A stretch of 64,000 nt of DNA from an uncultured delta proteobacterium (lineage in GTDB: Bacteria; Desulfobacterota; Binatia; UBA9968): contig CAWJZV010000046.1 in assembly GCA_963847445.1 (NCBI GenBank), positions 288,001-352,000 on the forward strand, read 5' to 3'. The translations under genes were made by a program, and so were the position numbers. The notes beneath the pieces were generated by a model. It searched no databases, was not told the DNA's origin, and saw nothing but the letters and a program-made list of their open reading frames with translations. The stretch's first letter is position 1, and each line of letters opens with the position of its first letter. Shown here piece after piece: positions 34,834 to 46,025 of this stretch.

Positions 34834-35703
34834 GTGACCAACTTCGAAACGATTCTATTCGAGAAACAGCGCCGCGGCGTGTTGATCACGCTCAACCGGC
34901 CGGCGCTGCGCAATGCGCTTAACCGAGCAGATGAAAGACGAGTTGCGGGCGGCGTTGGAGTTGGCGCGCGACGATGAAGCGATTCGTGCCGTGGTGCTCA
35001 CCGGCGCCGGTGGGCTGTTTTCCAGCGGCGACGATATGAACGAGTCGCTAGTCGGGTAAGCCGGCGTGGCCCTATGGTATTGCCGAAGGCAGCGCGTTGG
35101 TGGATGTTTATAATCGGCTGCGCGACCGGGCGCGGCAGGAAAAGATCGACGAGCAGCTCTATCGCTGGCAGTTTCCCAAGCCGATCATCGCCGCGGTGAG
35201 CGGTTGGTGTCTCGGTTCGGCGTCTTGGCTGGCGTTGTCGTCTCATCTGACGATCGCCGCGGATGATGCCGTCTTCGGCCAACCCCAGGTGCGCCATAGC
35301 GATGGCACGGACTTTATCTGGACGGTGCTGGGAAAGTTCAAGAACGCTTTGCGCTACGGCCTCACCGGCGATAGTGTCGACGCCAAGGAAGCGCTGCGCC
35401 TGCGCCTGGTCAACAAAGTCGTGGCGAAAGATCGGCTGCTCGACGAATGCTTCCGGCTGGTCGAGCGCATCGCTCTGGTGCCGCCGGACACCGTGAAGAT
35501 CAATTTGCAAAAGGCGACTTCCGGTTACGAGATGATGGGTCTCGGCAAGGCCTGGTCGCTCAATGCCGAACTGTCGGCGCTGGCGCAGTTGTCGCGCCGG
35601 GAAGAATTTTATCAACCGTTGGAAGCGGCGCGCGAGCAGGGCGGGTGGAAGGCGTTCTTTGCAACTGCGGGATGCGCCGTTTACAGCGATCGAAAAGAAA
35701 TAA
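34834..35703 (+). CDS. Enoyl-CoA hydratase/isomerase family protein, paralog of the upstream gene (frameshifted)
   Basis: ILFEKQRRGVLITLNRPA; QPQVRHS; ERIALVPPDTVKINL. Confidence 0.85.
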
Positions 35704-35778
35704 GATTCAGGATTCGTTCAAGCCGTTCAAATAGTTCAAAACGTTCAAATCGTTTCGGATTGGGAAAGGAGAGACGTG

Positions 35779-36811
35779 ATGGGATACTCGAAGTTTCGTT
35801 GCCTGCTGGCCGTTACTGCTGTCGCTCATCTCGTTTGTGACATGACTGCGGGGCGCAGGCGACCGACCCGAAGATCGTCGAGGCGGCGAAGAAGGAAGGC
35901 GGCGAGATCGAGGCTTACGTCACGCTGCGCACCGATACGGCGCAATATATTTGGAAGATGTTCGAGGCCAAATATCCGTTTCGTGAAAGTGAAGCAGTAC
36001 AAGGCCGACAGCGACAAGATGCTCCAACGCTTGGCCACGGAGTATCGCGCCAAGAAGTATCTCGTCGATGTGCTCAACTTTGGCGGCGGCTTTCATACTC
36101 AAGTGTTGATCGAGCACGGCATCGCCGGCGCGTACCTGTCGCCGGAGACGAAATACTTTGCGCCGGCGTTCAAAGAGAAGAGCGGTCTGTGGACGACGCT
36201 CTATTACAACCCGTTGACGATCGTCTACAACACCAAAGCTGCTGGCGCCCAACGAACGGCCCAAAGACTGGTTCGATCTTTTGCATCCGCGCTTCAAGGG
36301 CCGCTTGGCCATCGAGCAGGAGCAGGTCACTTGGTACGCCGGCATGTTGAAGCGCTACGGCGTGGAAAAGGGCAAACAATTCATGCAGGGCTTGGCCAAG
36401 CATGATCCGCGTCCCGAGCAGTCGTCGCGCGGTAATGCGCTGCTTGCCGCCGGTGAGTTTGCCGCTTACATCGGCCGCGGCCATGTCGCGGAGATGTTCA
36501 AAAAAAAGGGCGCGCCGGTGGACTGGATCAAGAATCCCGATCCGTTGGTCGTCCAGCCGGCGACGGTGCAGATCGCCAAGCATGCGCCCCATCCGAACTC
36601 GGCCAAGCTGTTGATCGACTTCATGTTGTCCGAGCAAGTTGCCGAACTATTGGCCAAAGAGCAGCGCTTGCCGGGGCGCAGCAACGCCGCCGGGCTCGAT
36701 CCGGCGTTCAAGGAGATCAACGCCGAAAAAATCCTGCCTCTATCGATCGAAGAGGTGCAGGCGAACTTTCGAAAATATTTGGAAGAGTATAGAACATATT
36801 TCGGCAAGTAA
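35779..36811 (+). CDS. Extracellular solute-binding protein (frameshifted)
   Basis: EAAKKEGG; APHPNSAKLLIDFMLS. Confidence 0.85.
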
Positions 36812-36826
36812 CCGAGCGGGTGGACA

Positions 36827-37212
36827 ATGGCAAAGGCAACGGATAGAGCGAAAACCGGTAGTGTGACGATCGCCACGGTGCGCCGGCGCGAGGAAGCGCG
36901 CCAGGTAGCGACGCGGCTGGAAGCGGCGGGTATCGAGTGGGCCATCGTCGAAGAACGGCTGACGGTTCCAGCCAGCGGCGGCCGGTACCGCCCCGGCGGC
37001 ATCAAAGTGCAGGTCGACCGCAGCGACGCCAAACGGGCCATCGAGCTGTTGCGCGAACAGCATGCCGACCGCGCCTGCGCCGGAGAATCGCTCGTTCCGT
37101 GTGGGCGCCAAGCGTCAGGTGCAGGCCGACGGATGGTGGCGCACGGCTCTGGAAGCGGGCGTCAATTCTTGCCTTGGCGACTTTATTGGCGATAGGATTT
37201 TTTCTGGATTAA
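36827..37212 (+). CDS. DUF2007-like small protein with C-terminal hydrophobic tail (frameshifted)
   Basis: EARQVATRLEAAGIE...IKVQVDRSDAKRAIELL. Confidence 0.7.
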
Positions 37213-37236
37213 AATTATTTAGAAATGAGAAACTAA

Positions 37237-38277
37237 ATGCTCGATGGCAAACTGCGTATCGCTCCGACCTGTTATCATGTGCTGCATCAAGTGCCGGTGA
37301 TGACCGCCCATGAATTGAACTTTTTCTACGACGAGGGGCTCAAGACCGCCGACGGTTCTCTCGGCTACGAAATTCTCACCGACTCGATGGTGCCGTTCGG
37401 CTTGGAAAAGCTCGGCATCTCCCAGGCGATGAAGGAAAAGTCGGTGGATATCGCCCTCGACGTCCAGTCGCGCACGGTATTTTATCAGCGCGCCCGGGGG
37501 GCGGATCTCTATGTTATCTCCGGCTGGCGTAATCAGCACACCAACGTCTGGGTCGCGCCGCCGCATATTAAGTCCCTCAAAGAATTGAAGGGCAAGCGGG
37601 TCGGCATCAGCGATTTCAACAGCATTCGCCACTGGGCGATTCAGATTCAACTCAAAAAGGCCGGTCTCGATTTGGAGAAGGACATCGAGTGGGTGCGCAT
37701 CGGCGTCAACTCGCGGCTGCATCTGGACGCGATCCGCAGCGGCAAGGTCGAGTGCGCCCCGGTGCCGCCCTGGTACGCCAAGGAGTTGCAGGCCGAGGGG
37801 TGTAACGCGCTGGTGTCGCCGGCGGATCAGTATCCCGACGGACGGCCGGAGCGCATCATCGCCGCCACCGGACGGATTCTCGAAGAGCGCCCCGACTTGG
37901 TGAAGGGGTTTCTCAAGGCGATGATCCGTTCCTACTGGTTCGTGCGCGACATGCCGAAGAACTACGAGTATATTTCCAACCTGGAAAAGCGCTTGCGCTT
38001 GCGCAGCCCCGATCCCGAAGAACGTATCGTCAAACATTTGCGCTCGGCGCAGGACTTGGAAGCGATGCCGTTCCCGTTGGACGGTCGCGCCACCGGCTTT
38101 GAAGATATGCTCAAGGAAGAGGAGCGGCTCGGTGAGCTGAACTACGATGTCCCGGCGATCAGCGATGTGGTCGCCCAGGACTTATGCGACGAGGCGTTTC
38201 GCGAGCTGCGGGCGCGCAAGGATTTGGATGAAGAGTTCCAGCGCTTAAAGGTGATTGAAAAACGCTGGGGGTATTAG
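37237..38277 (+). CDS. NMT1/SsuA-fold protein lacking a signal peptide
   Basis: ELKGKRVGIS, LKKAGLD fold motifs; N-terminus MLDGKLRIAPTCYHVLHQVP. Confidence 0.85.
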   Translation: MLDGKLRIAPTCYHVLHQVPVMTAHELNFFYDEGLKTADGSLGYEILTDSMVPFGLEKLGISQAMKEKSVDIALDVQSRTVFYQRARGADLYVISGWRNQHTNVWVAPPHIKSLKELKGKRVGISDFNSIRHWAIQIQLKKAGLDLEKDIEWVRIGVNSRLHLDAIRSGKVECAPVPPWYAKELQAEGCNALVSPADQYPDGRPERIIAATGRILEERPDLVKGFLKAMIRSYWFVRDMPKNYEYISNLEKRLRLRSPDPEERIVKHLRSAQDLEAMPFPLDGRATGFEDMLKEEERLGELNYDVPAISDVVAQDLCDEAFRELRARKDLDEEFQRLKVIEKRWGY

Positions 38278-38376
38278 CGGCTTGCGCGCCAGTTCAAATC
38301 GTTCAAGCCGTTCAAAACGTTCAAATCGTTTTGGATGGTCTTCGTGCCGCGACTGGTAGACGAGAGTGAGAGTCTA

Positions 38377-39425
38377 ATGAGAACAACGAAATCATCGATA
38401 CTTTCAAATCTATCGGTTTTATTTCTGTGCGGTGGACTGCTGGCGAGTTCAACCGTTCACGCGCAGAACGCGAAGACTTTCTTCGACGGTAAAACATCAC
38501 GTTCCTGGTCGGCTCGTCGGCCGGCGGCGGCACGGATGTGACGGCGCGGTTGATCGCGCGCCATATCGAACGCCACTTGCCGGGCAAGCCGCGCATCGAT
38601 GTCGCCAACAAACCGGGGGCGGGCGGCATGATCGCGGCCAATGAGCTCTACAATTTGAAGAAGCCCGACGGTCTGAGCATCAGCACGCTCAACACCGGCG
38701 CGCTGTTCGCGACGGCCACCGCTAACGAAGCGATCAAGTTCGATCTGCAAAAGTTTCTCTGGGTCGGCCAGGCGTTCGACGACGCTCAGGTGCTGTATCT
38801 CAAGACTTCGACGCCCTACACCAGCTTCGATTTGATCAAAAAGGCTAACCGCGAAGGCAAGCAGCCCAAGATGGGCGCTCAGGCTCTCGATCACACCAGC
38901 AATGTCGTGGTCAAGATCGCCGAGCAGATTTTCGGCTTGGACTTCACGGTGATTCCCGGTTATCCCGGCACGCCGCAGATTCTTCTCGACATCGAGCGCG
39001 GCGCTCTCGATGGCCGCGCCCAGGGCATCGGCTCCTTGATGTCGACCCGGCGCGAGTGGATCAAAAACGGCTACATTAAAATTTTGGCGACCTCGAAAAG
39101 ACGCCGCGACCCGCGCATCCCGGAGGTCGCCTCCATGGAAGAGATCGCGCCGGCGGGCAGCAAAGGGCTGCTCAACGCGCTATACGCCGGACAAAATCTC
39201 GCCCGTTCGGTGGTCTTGCCGCCGGGCGTGCCGGCGGACCGGGTGAAAATCTGGCGCGATGCCTTCGCCGCCATGACCAAAGACGAGGCCTTCAACAAAG
39301 AGGCTGAGAAACTCGGCCTCGAAGTCGAATTGATCCGCGGCGAAGAGATGAATCGCGACATCGAAGCCACGCTGCGCGATAAGCGCTTGATGGATCTCTA
39401 TCGCATGATCTCCTCGGCGAAATAA
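38377..39425 (+). CDS. TctC/Bug family substrate-binding protein (frameshift)
   Basis: FFDGKT; KPGAGGMIAAN; PDGL; GYPG. Confidence 0.88.
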
Positions 39426-39503
39426 AGAAAGGCAAAAGGAAAAAGTAAGAAGTAAAAACTGATAGATCGATCGAATTTTGCCTTTTTACTTTTACCTTTT
39501 GAA
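39425..39503. repeat. Inverted arms of 7-bp units (AAAGGCA/AAAGTAA)
   Basis: AAAGGCAAAAGGAAAAAGTAAGAAGTAAAA...TTTTGCCTTTTTACTTTTACCTTTT. Confidence 0.75.
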
Positions 39504-39508
39504 TTGAT

Positions 39509-40947
39509 TTGACTTCTCTCGCCATTCTCATCGATTTCGGCAGCACGTTTACCAAAGTCAGCGCGGTGGATCTGGCCAGCGCCCAGCTGCTCGGGCGCAG
39601 CCAATCGCCGTCGACGGTGCTCACCGATGTGCGCGAGGGATTGTTGCGCGCGTTGGTTTCCCTGCACGAGCGCCATCGTCTTTTCGATGAAACGCCGCAA
39701 GATTTATCGATTCTCAACGATAAATTCGTTTTGGCGTCGAGCAGCGCCGCCGGCGGCTTGCGCATCGTCGTCGTCGGCAACGTTCCCGGTTTGACCGTCG
39801 AAGCGGCGAACCAGGCGGCGCTCGGTGCCGGCGCCAAAGTCGTGGGCGCGACGGCGTTCAAGTTGAACCCGAGCCAAGCTTGCCGATCTCGAACTGCTGC
39901 GCCCCGACATGATTTTGCTGACCGGCGGCGTCGACGGCGGCGACGCGGCGACGATTCTCCACAATGCGGCTCTGCTAGCGCAGTCGTCGCTGGCGGTGCC
40001 GATCGTGGTCGCCGGCAATCGCCTGGCGGCGGAGGTCGTCGCGGATTTATTGCGGCGCGGCGGCAAGGAAGTGGCTCTGTGTCGCCAACGTCATGCCCCA
40101 CGCCGGCAAGCTCGACGTCGAGCCGGCGCGCGAGGCGATCCGGCAAATCTTCATGGCGCGTATCACCCAAGCCAAGGGGCTCGACGGCTTGGCGGGGATC
40201 GTGCCGGTGGTGTTGCCGACGCCGATGGCGGTGCTGGAAGGAGTGCGCCTCGGCGCCGAAGGCGCGGCGGCTGAAGCTGGTTGGGGCGATATGCTGGTGG
40301 TGGATGTTGGCGGGGCGACCACCGATGTTCACTCCATCGGCTACGGTCATGCCGGCGGCGAGAACGTGATCGTTCAAAGCATGGCCGAAGCTTATGCCAA
40401 GCGCACCGTCGAAGGCGACTTGGGCATCCGATATAACGCCGGCACGATTTTCGAACGAGTCGGTGCAGCAACGTTACTGGAGGATTTACAGCGCGACTTC
40501 GGCCACATCGCGGTGACCGGCGCGATGCTGCGCGGCTACGTCGAACAAATCGGCCATGACACCAGCACTCTGCCGCAAGCCGACTGGCATGGCGCCGCGG
40601 ATGCAGTGCTGGCCCGCGCCGCGGTGGATATCGCGATTGCGCGCCATGTCGGCCGGCGCGAACGGATCGTCGCCCGCGAAGGCGAGGCGTGGCTGCATTA
40701 CGGCAAAGACATGCGCGACACGCACACGCTGATCGGCACCGGCGGCGTGTTTGTCCATAACCCGAGCGCGGCCTTCATTCTCGCCCAGCGCGAGCAATCG
40801 GATGACCGCGTGCAGGCGCTGCGGCCGCGCCAACCAAGAATTTATTTGGACAGGTCTTATCTGCTCTATGCCGTGGGTTTGCTTGCCCAGGAGTATCCGT
40901 CGGTGGGGCTGCGGCTCTTTCAGCAGCATATGCAACAGATCGGTTGA
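39509..40947 (+). CDS. glmL: Glutamate mutase L (GlmL) family reactivase-like ATPase (frameshifted)
   Basis: IDFGSTFTK; SSAAGGL; LLTGGVDGG; PTP.AV; VDVGGATTDVHS; KRTVEGDLG. Confidence 0.85.
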
Positions 40948-41025
40948 GCGGCTTTCGGTTTCCGTGCGCTTGATGTCTCGCCAGGGGATCGTAGAAACCT
41001 CTCTCGTTCGGACAATGTCAATGTT

Positions 41026-41138
41026 CGTCATGCCGGCGCAGGCCGGCATCCAGACCCATCATCCACCTGGATACCGTTTTTCAACGGTATGACGGACGCT
41101 GTCCGTCACCTGGATTCCCGCGTGCGCGAGAATGACGG
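41026..41138. repeat. REP-like palindromic element, same family as 9255-9362
   Basis: Shared CGTCATGCC...GGCATCCAG...CCTGGATACCGTTYTTCAACGGTATGACGGAC. Confidence 0.8.
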
Positions 41139-41199
41139 AAATAGCAATCTCATTACGTTCGGTAAACGCAGAACCAGATGGCTTCGAGCCAACGGTTGT

Positions 41200-42076
41200 T
41201 TACTTGATCTTCGCGGCGATCTCGGCGAGCCGATCCATCTGGTCTAAATCTTCGGCGCAGGGGCGCAGGATGAATTCGTCGACGCCCATGTCGGCTTGGC
41301 GCTTGATCGCCGTGCGCACGGCTTCATCGGAGGCTGGCAGAGTGCGCAGTCGTTTGGCGGCGAGCTCGGGGTTGTAGCCGTAATTGTGATTTATGTAGTG
41401 ATTCGCGTGATCCTGGGCGTTCGGGGCCGAGGGCGAAATAGCTGGCGCCGACCCAGCGCGGCCGGCCTTGGCGCTTATGCTCTTGCCACGCTTGTAAAAT
41501 ATTTTGCCAAGTCTTGAGCAGCGCTTCCGGCTCGCCGCCGCCGGGGGCCATGTAGCCGTCGCCCCATTTGGCGATGCGTTGGACGATCGCCGGCACATAG
41601 CCGCCGATGAGCAGCTCCGGTCCGCCAGTGCGTACCGCCGGCGGACCGATGGCGCCGGTGTCGGCGGATAACTCCGCGCCGGACCAAAGTTTGCGCAGCA
41701 GTTCGTATTGTCTCTCTGAGCTGCGGCCGCGCCGGTGAAAGTCCGTGGCGCTGGCGAGATAATCGTTTTTGCGCACGCCGATGCCGACGCCAAGTATCAA
41801 TCGACCGCCGGAGAGGGTGTCGATGGTCGCGGCTTGGCGCGCTAACAAAGTTGTCTCGCGCGTCGGACCGATGACCACGCTGGTCATCAGGCCGATGCGT
41901 TTGGTCGCGCCGGCCGCCATGGCCAGCACGGCGAGCGGCTCCAGCGCCTGTGAGACGACGCGATCGGTCACCGCCACACTGGAGAATGGCCCGGCGTCGG
42001 CGCGGCGGATCCATTCCAACATCATCTCGCCCGACGCCGAGGTGACTCGGCTGGGTAGTCCTAAAGCGATACGCAT
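41200..42076 (-). CDS. LLM class flavin-dependent oxidoreductase (frameshift)
   Basis: TDRVV; LARQAATIDTLSGGRLILGVGIG; RIAKWGDG. Confidence 0.9.
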
Positions 42077-42429
42077 AAAATCTCCGTAAAGGTTTCACCA
42101 CGAAGGTCCGAAGTTCGCTGACGACTCACCGCAGAGACACCGAGGCCGCAGCGTAAAGAGTTTCTGATGAAGATATTTTCGAACTCTGTGAACTCAGGCC
42201 CTGCGATGAAATCCCAACTTCGTGTGCTGCGGCTCTGCCGCGCTGGGAACTCGTGGTGAATAATTATCCTCACCAAACTTCCAAGGATTCCCACCAACGT
42301 GACAAGTTATCCAGCTCAGTCACGTTAAGTCAAACTATTTCGACCGGCGATTTTAGCAATCTCCGCCGGCCATGCTATTCTGGAATTTGTGAACTCACTG
42401 CGCCATTCGATCCTTCCTAGGCCGGCTCG

Positions 42430-44252
42430 ATGAAAAGTCTCGCACAGCAGTTCAACGAGCTGCGCTATTCGTTCGTGCACACGCCGCAAGCGATTCGCTT
42501 TGTTTGGCGCAGCAATCATTGGGGCATCCTCGGTCTGGCTGTGCTGACGCTGGCCGGCGCGTTGTTGCCGGCGGCGCAGGCTTGGGTCGGCAAGCTGATC
42601 GTCGACGGCGTGGTGGCGGCGATCCAGCATGGCCAGGAGCATGAACAGGCGAAGTCGGTTTTTTACTATCTGGTCGTTGAACTGCGTACTGATCCTGTTC
42701 AGCACTGGGGTGATCCAGGCGCGCCGGCTGATTCAGCAGCTCACCCAACTCAAGCTCGCCAACCAGATTCGCGGTGAAATCATCGGCAAGGCGCTGACCC
42801 TGGACTTGGCGTTTTTCGAGCACCCGGAGTATTACGACAAGCTGCAAAACGCCCGGCGCGAGGGCGGTTACAAACCGGTGGAGCTGATCAACGATACCTT
42901 TCAGATCGTCCAAAATGCCATCACGCTGGCGTCCTTCGCGGTGTTGCTCTTGCGTTTCAGTCCGTGGCTGGTGGCGATTCTGGTTGTGACCAGCATCCCG
43001 GCGTTCATCGCCGAGACGCGCTTCTCGGGGCAAGGCTTTCGCCTGTTGACCCGGCGCGCACCCGAGAGCCGGCAGATCAACTATCTGTCCCGGCTGTTGA
43101 CCGAAGACTCCTCGGCCAAGGAGATCAAGCTTTTCAATTTGGGCGGCACGTTGCTGACCCGCTACATGACCCTGTTCGAGAAGTTTTTTCGCGAGGATAA
43201 GGCGCTCGCTTGCCGGCGCGCCATCGCCGGATTCAGCCTCGGCTTGATTGCGACGCTGGGCTTCTACGGCTCCTACGCCTGGATCGTCTGGCACACGGTG
43301 CAGAGCAGGATCTCGCTCGGCGATATGACGCTCTATCTGGCGATCTTTCGCCAGGGCCAGACGACCTTTCAATCGATTCTCTACGCTGTCAGCAGTATTT
43401 ACGAGAACAATCTGTTCATGTCGAATTTCTTCGAGTTTCTCGGCATGACGCCGCAATTGGCGATCGCCGCCCAGCCCAAAGTATTGCCGGCGACGCTGCG
43501 CGGCGGCATCGAGTTTCGCGATGTCGGTTTTCGTTATCCGGACAATGACGCAATGGGCGCTGCGCGGCGTCAATCTGATCATCCGGCCAGGCGAGAAGAT
43601 CGCGCTGGTCGGCCACAACGGCGCCGGCAAGACGACCCTGATCAAGCTCTTGAGCCGGCTCTACGATCCCACCGAGGGCTCGATCTTGATCGACGGCATC
43701 GATCTGCGCGAAGTCGATCCGCTCGCCTTGCGCCAGAAAATCGGCGTGATCTTCCAGGACTTCGTGCGCTATCACGTGCCGGTGAAGGAAAACATCGGCT
43801 TCGGCCAGATCGACGCGGTGGCGGATCTGGACCGGATCATCGAGTCGGCGCGCAAGAGCGGCGCCGATACGATCATCGACGGCTTGCCGGAAAGTTATGA
43901 CACCATGCTCGGCCGCTGGTTTCACGGCGGCCACGAGCTTTCCTTCGGCCAGTGGCAGAAGATCGCTTTGGCGCGGGCGTTCATGCGCGACGCCGAGATT
44001 CTCGTGCTCGACGAACCGACGGCATCGGTGGACGCCCAATCCGAGTACGAGATCTTTCGCCACTTTCAGGAGTTGACGGCGGGGAAGATGGCGATCCTGA
44101 TCTCCCATCGCTTTTCGACGGTGCGCATGGCCGATCGCATCGCGGTCATCGAAGGCGGCGCGATCAGCGAGATCGGCAGCCATCAAGAGCTGGTCGATCG
44201 CAAAGGCACCTACGCCCATTTGTTCAGCCTGCAGGCGGAAGGCTATCGCTAG
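42430..44252 (+). CDS. ABC exporter, fused permease/ATPase (frameshifted)
   Basis: TM domain; GHNGAGKT; LSFGQWQKIALARA; LDEPT; ISHR. Confidence 0.92.
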
Positions 44253-44272
44253 CGTCGTTTCTCGCGCTGCTG

Positions 44273-44396
44273 GCGCGGCAGAGCCGGAACTGAAAAGAAG
44301 AATGGCCGCAAAGAACGCAAAGGGCGCAAAAAAGTATCGGGGCGGGTGTGAAACCCGCACTCTTGGCTTTGGCGCATCGAGAAATTTGCCCAAACC
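44273..44396. repeat. ~130-bp composite MITE-like repeat, inverted copy
   Basis: Reverse complement of the 20768 and 62775 copies. Confidence 0.85.
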
Positions 44397-44714
44397 AGAC
44401 GAATTATCACGGATAGTACATACGTGGGGTCCCGTGCAAGGGGCGAGGCGCGCCTTGTCCCTGGGACTGATTCTTGTGCTGTTCGCCGTCGATATGCGAT
44501 TGTTGAGTCGCTTTAACATGCGGCTGCATAGGGATGGGCTTATCACCGGATTCACTGCGCATCGATATAGCGAAGGACGAGGTCGATCCCAAGAGCCGGC
44601 GCCGCGACGGCGTCAATTATCTCGACACCGATCAATGGCTGGCGAAGAAGCCGTGCTCAAAGTCGTCGACGACGCCTTGGCGGCGGCGGGAAAAAATAGC
44701 TCTAGAGGAGAAAT

Positions 44715-45477
44715 ATGAAACTGGCAACCTGGAACGTCAATTCCCTTAAAGTGCGTCTGCCCCATGTCTTGGAGTTTCTCGATCGGCACAAACCCGATGC
44801 GCTGTGCTTGCAGGAACTCAAGCTCGAAGATGCAAATTTTCCGCTGGCGGTTATCAACGCGGCGGGTTATCAGGCGGTGTACTCCGGCCAGAAGACCTAC
44901 AACGGCGTGGCGATACTGTCACCGACGGCTGCGGCTGACGTGAGCGCGGGTATCCCGGGCCTGGACGATCCGCAAAAGCGCGTGCTCGCAGCGACGGTGA
45001 ACGGCGTGCGCGTTGTCTGCGTGTACATCCCCAACGGCGAGGCGGTCGAATCTGACAAATACAAATACAAACTCGGCTGGCTGCAGGCGCTGATCACTGT
45101 GGTTGAAACAGGAATTGGCGGCCTATCCCAAGCTTGCGCTGTTGGGCGATTACAATGTCGCACCGGAGGACCGCGATGTTTACGATCCCAAGGCTTGGGC
45201 CGGCAAGGTGTTGTTTAGCGACCCGGAAAAAGCCGCGTTCAAAGATATGATCACCCTGGGGCTGACCGATAGTTTCCGCATGTTCGATCAAGCCGACAAG
45301 TCCTACAGCTGGTGGGACTACCGCATGAACGGCTTCAAGCGCAACCTAGGCCTGCGCATCGATCATATCCTGCTCTCAGCGGAACTGGCGAAGACGTGCA
45401 AGAGCTGCAGCATCGACATTGATTTCCGCGCCAAAGAGCGCCCTTCCGACCACGCGCCGGTGATCGTGGAGATTTAG
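44715..45477 (+). CDS. xth: Exodeoxyribonuclease III (1 frameshift)
   Basis: [10 protein letters not shown]; LCLQELK; [11 protein letters not shown]; WWDYR; GLRIDH; PSDHAP. Confidence 0.95.
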
Positions 45478-45488
45478 GATTCGGAATT

Positions 45489-46013
45489 TTAACCGCAAAG
45501 GACGCAAAGAACACAAAGTAAAATGACGGAACTAGAAATCAAAGCACTTATGTGATCGAGTTGTGCGGCAAACCGCGTACGACATTCACATATATCTTGG
45601 CACATGGTCACCTGGAGAAAGTTTATGAGAACGCTCTTGTCCATCGACTTCGGAAGGCTAGAATTAATGTGAATCAACAACATCCCCTCAGCGGTTGTCG
45701 ATGAAGATGGGACTTCTTGGGTGAGTATTTTGCGGATTTGTTGGTCGAAGATGTTTTGATCGTCGAGCTGAAAGGGCGCGAGTCACTGGCCGCTGAACAC
45801 GAAGCGTCAAGTTCTGGCGTATTTACGTCGGAGCTAAACTTGAACACGGCTTTACTTATCAATTTTGGTTCGCCAAAGTTCGAAATCCGAAAGTTTGCAC
45901 TGGTCAAAGCTCGCCGATGACATCAACTCATTACTAGAAAAGCTACGTTAGTCGAGTGTCGCTGACTTTCAGATCTGCCACATTTTTGCGTTCTTTGCGT
46001 TCTTTGCGGTTAA
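45489..46013. mobile_element. GxxExxY gene bracketed by 29-bp terminal inverted repeats of 9-bp units
   Basis: Left TTAACCGCAAAGGACGCAAAGAACACAAA; right is the reverse complement with 2 mismatches. Confidence 0.65.
45523..45920 (+). pseudogene. GxxExxY protein (many frameshifts)
   Basis: AYDIH..LG.GHLEKVYENALVHRL...GEYFADLLVEDVLIVELK...LLINFG. Confidence 0.88.
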
Positions 46014-46025
46014 CAATCCTTTTCT

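Noticed and set aside
45545-45560. In-frame TGA as selenocysteine in GxxExxY
   Set aside because: Homology continues in a different frame, so it is an indel rather than recoding.
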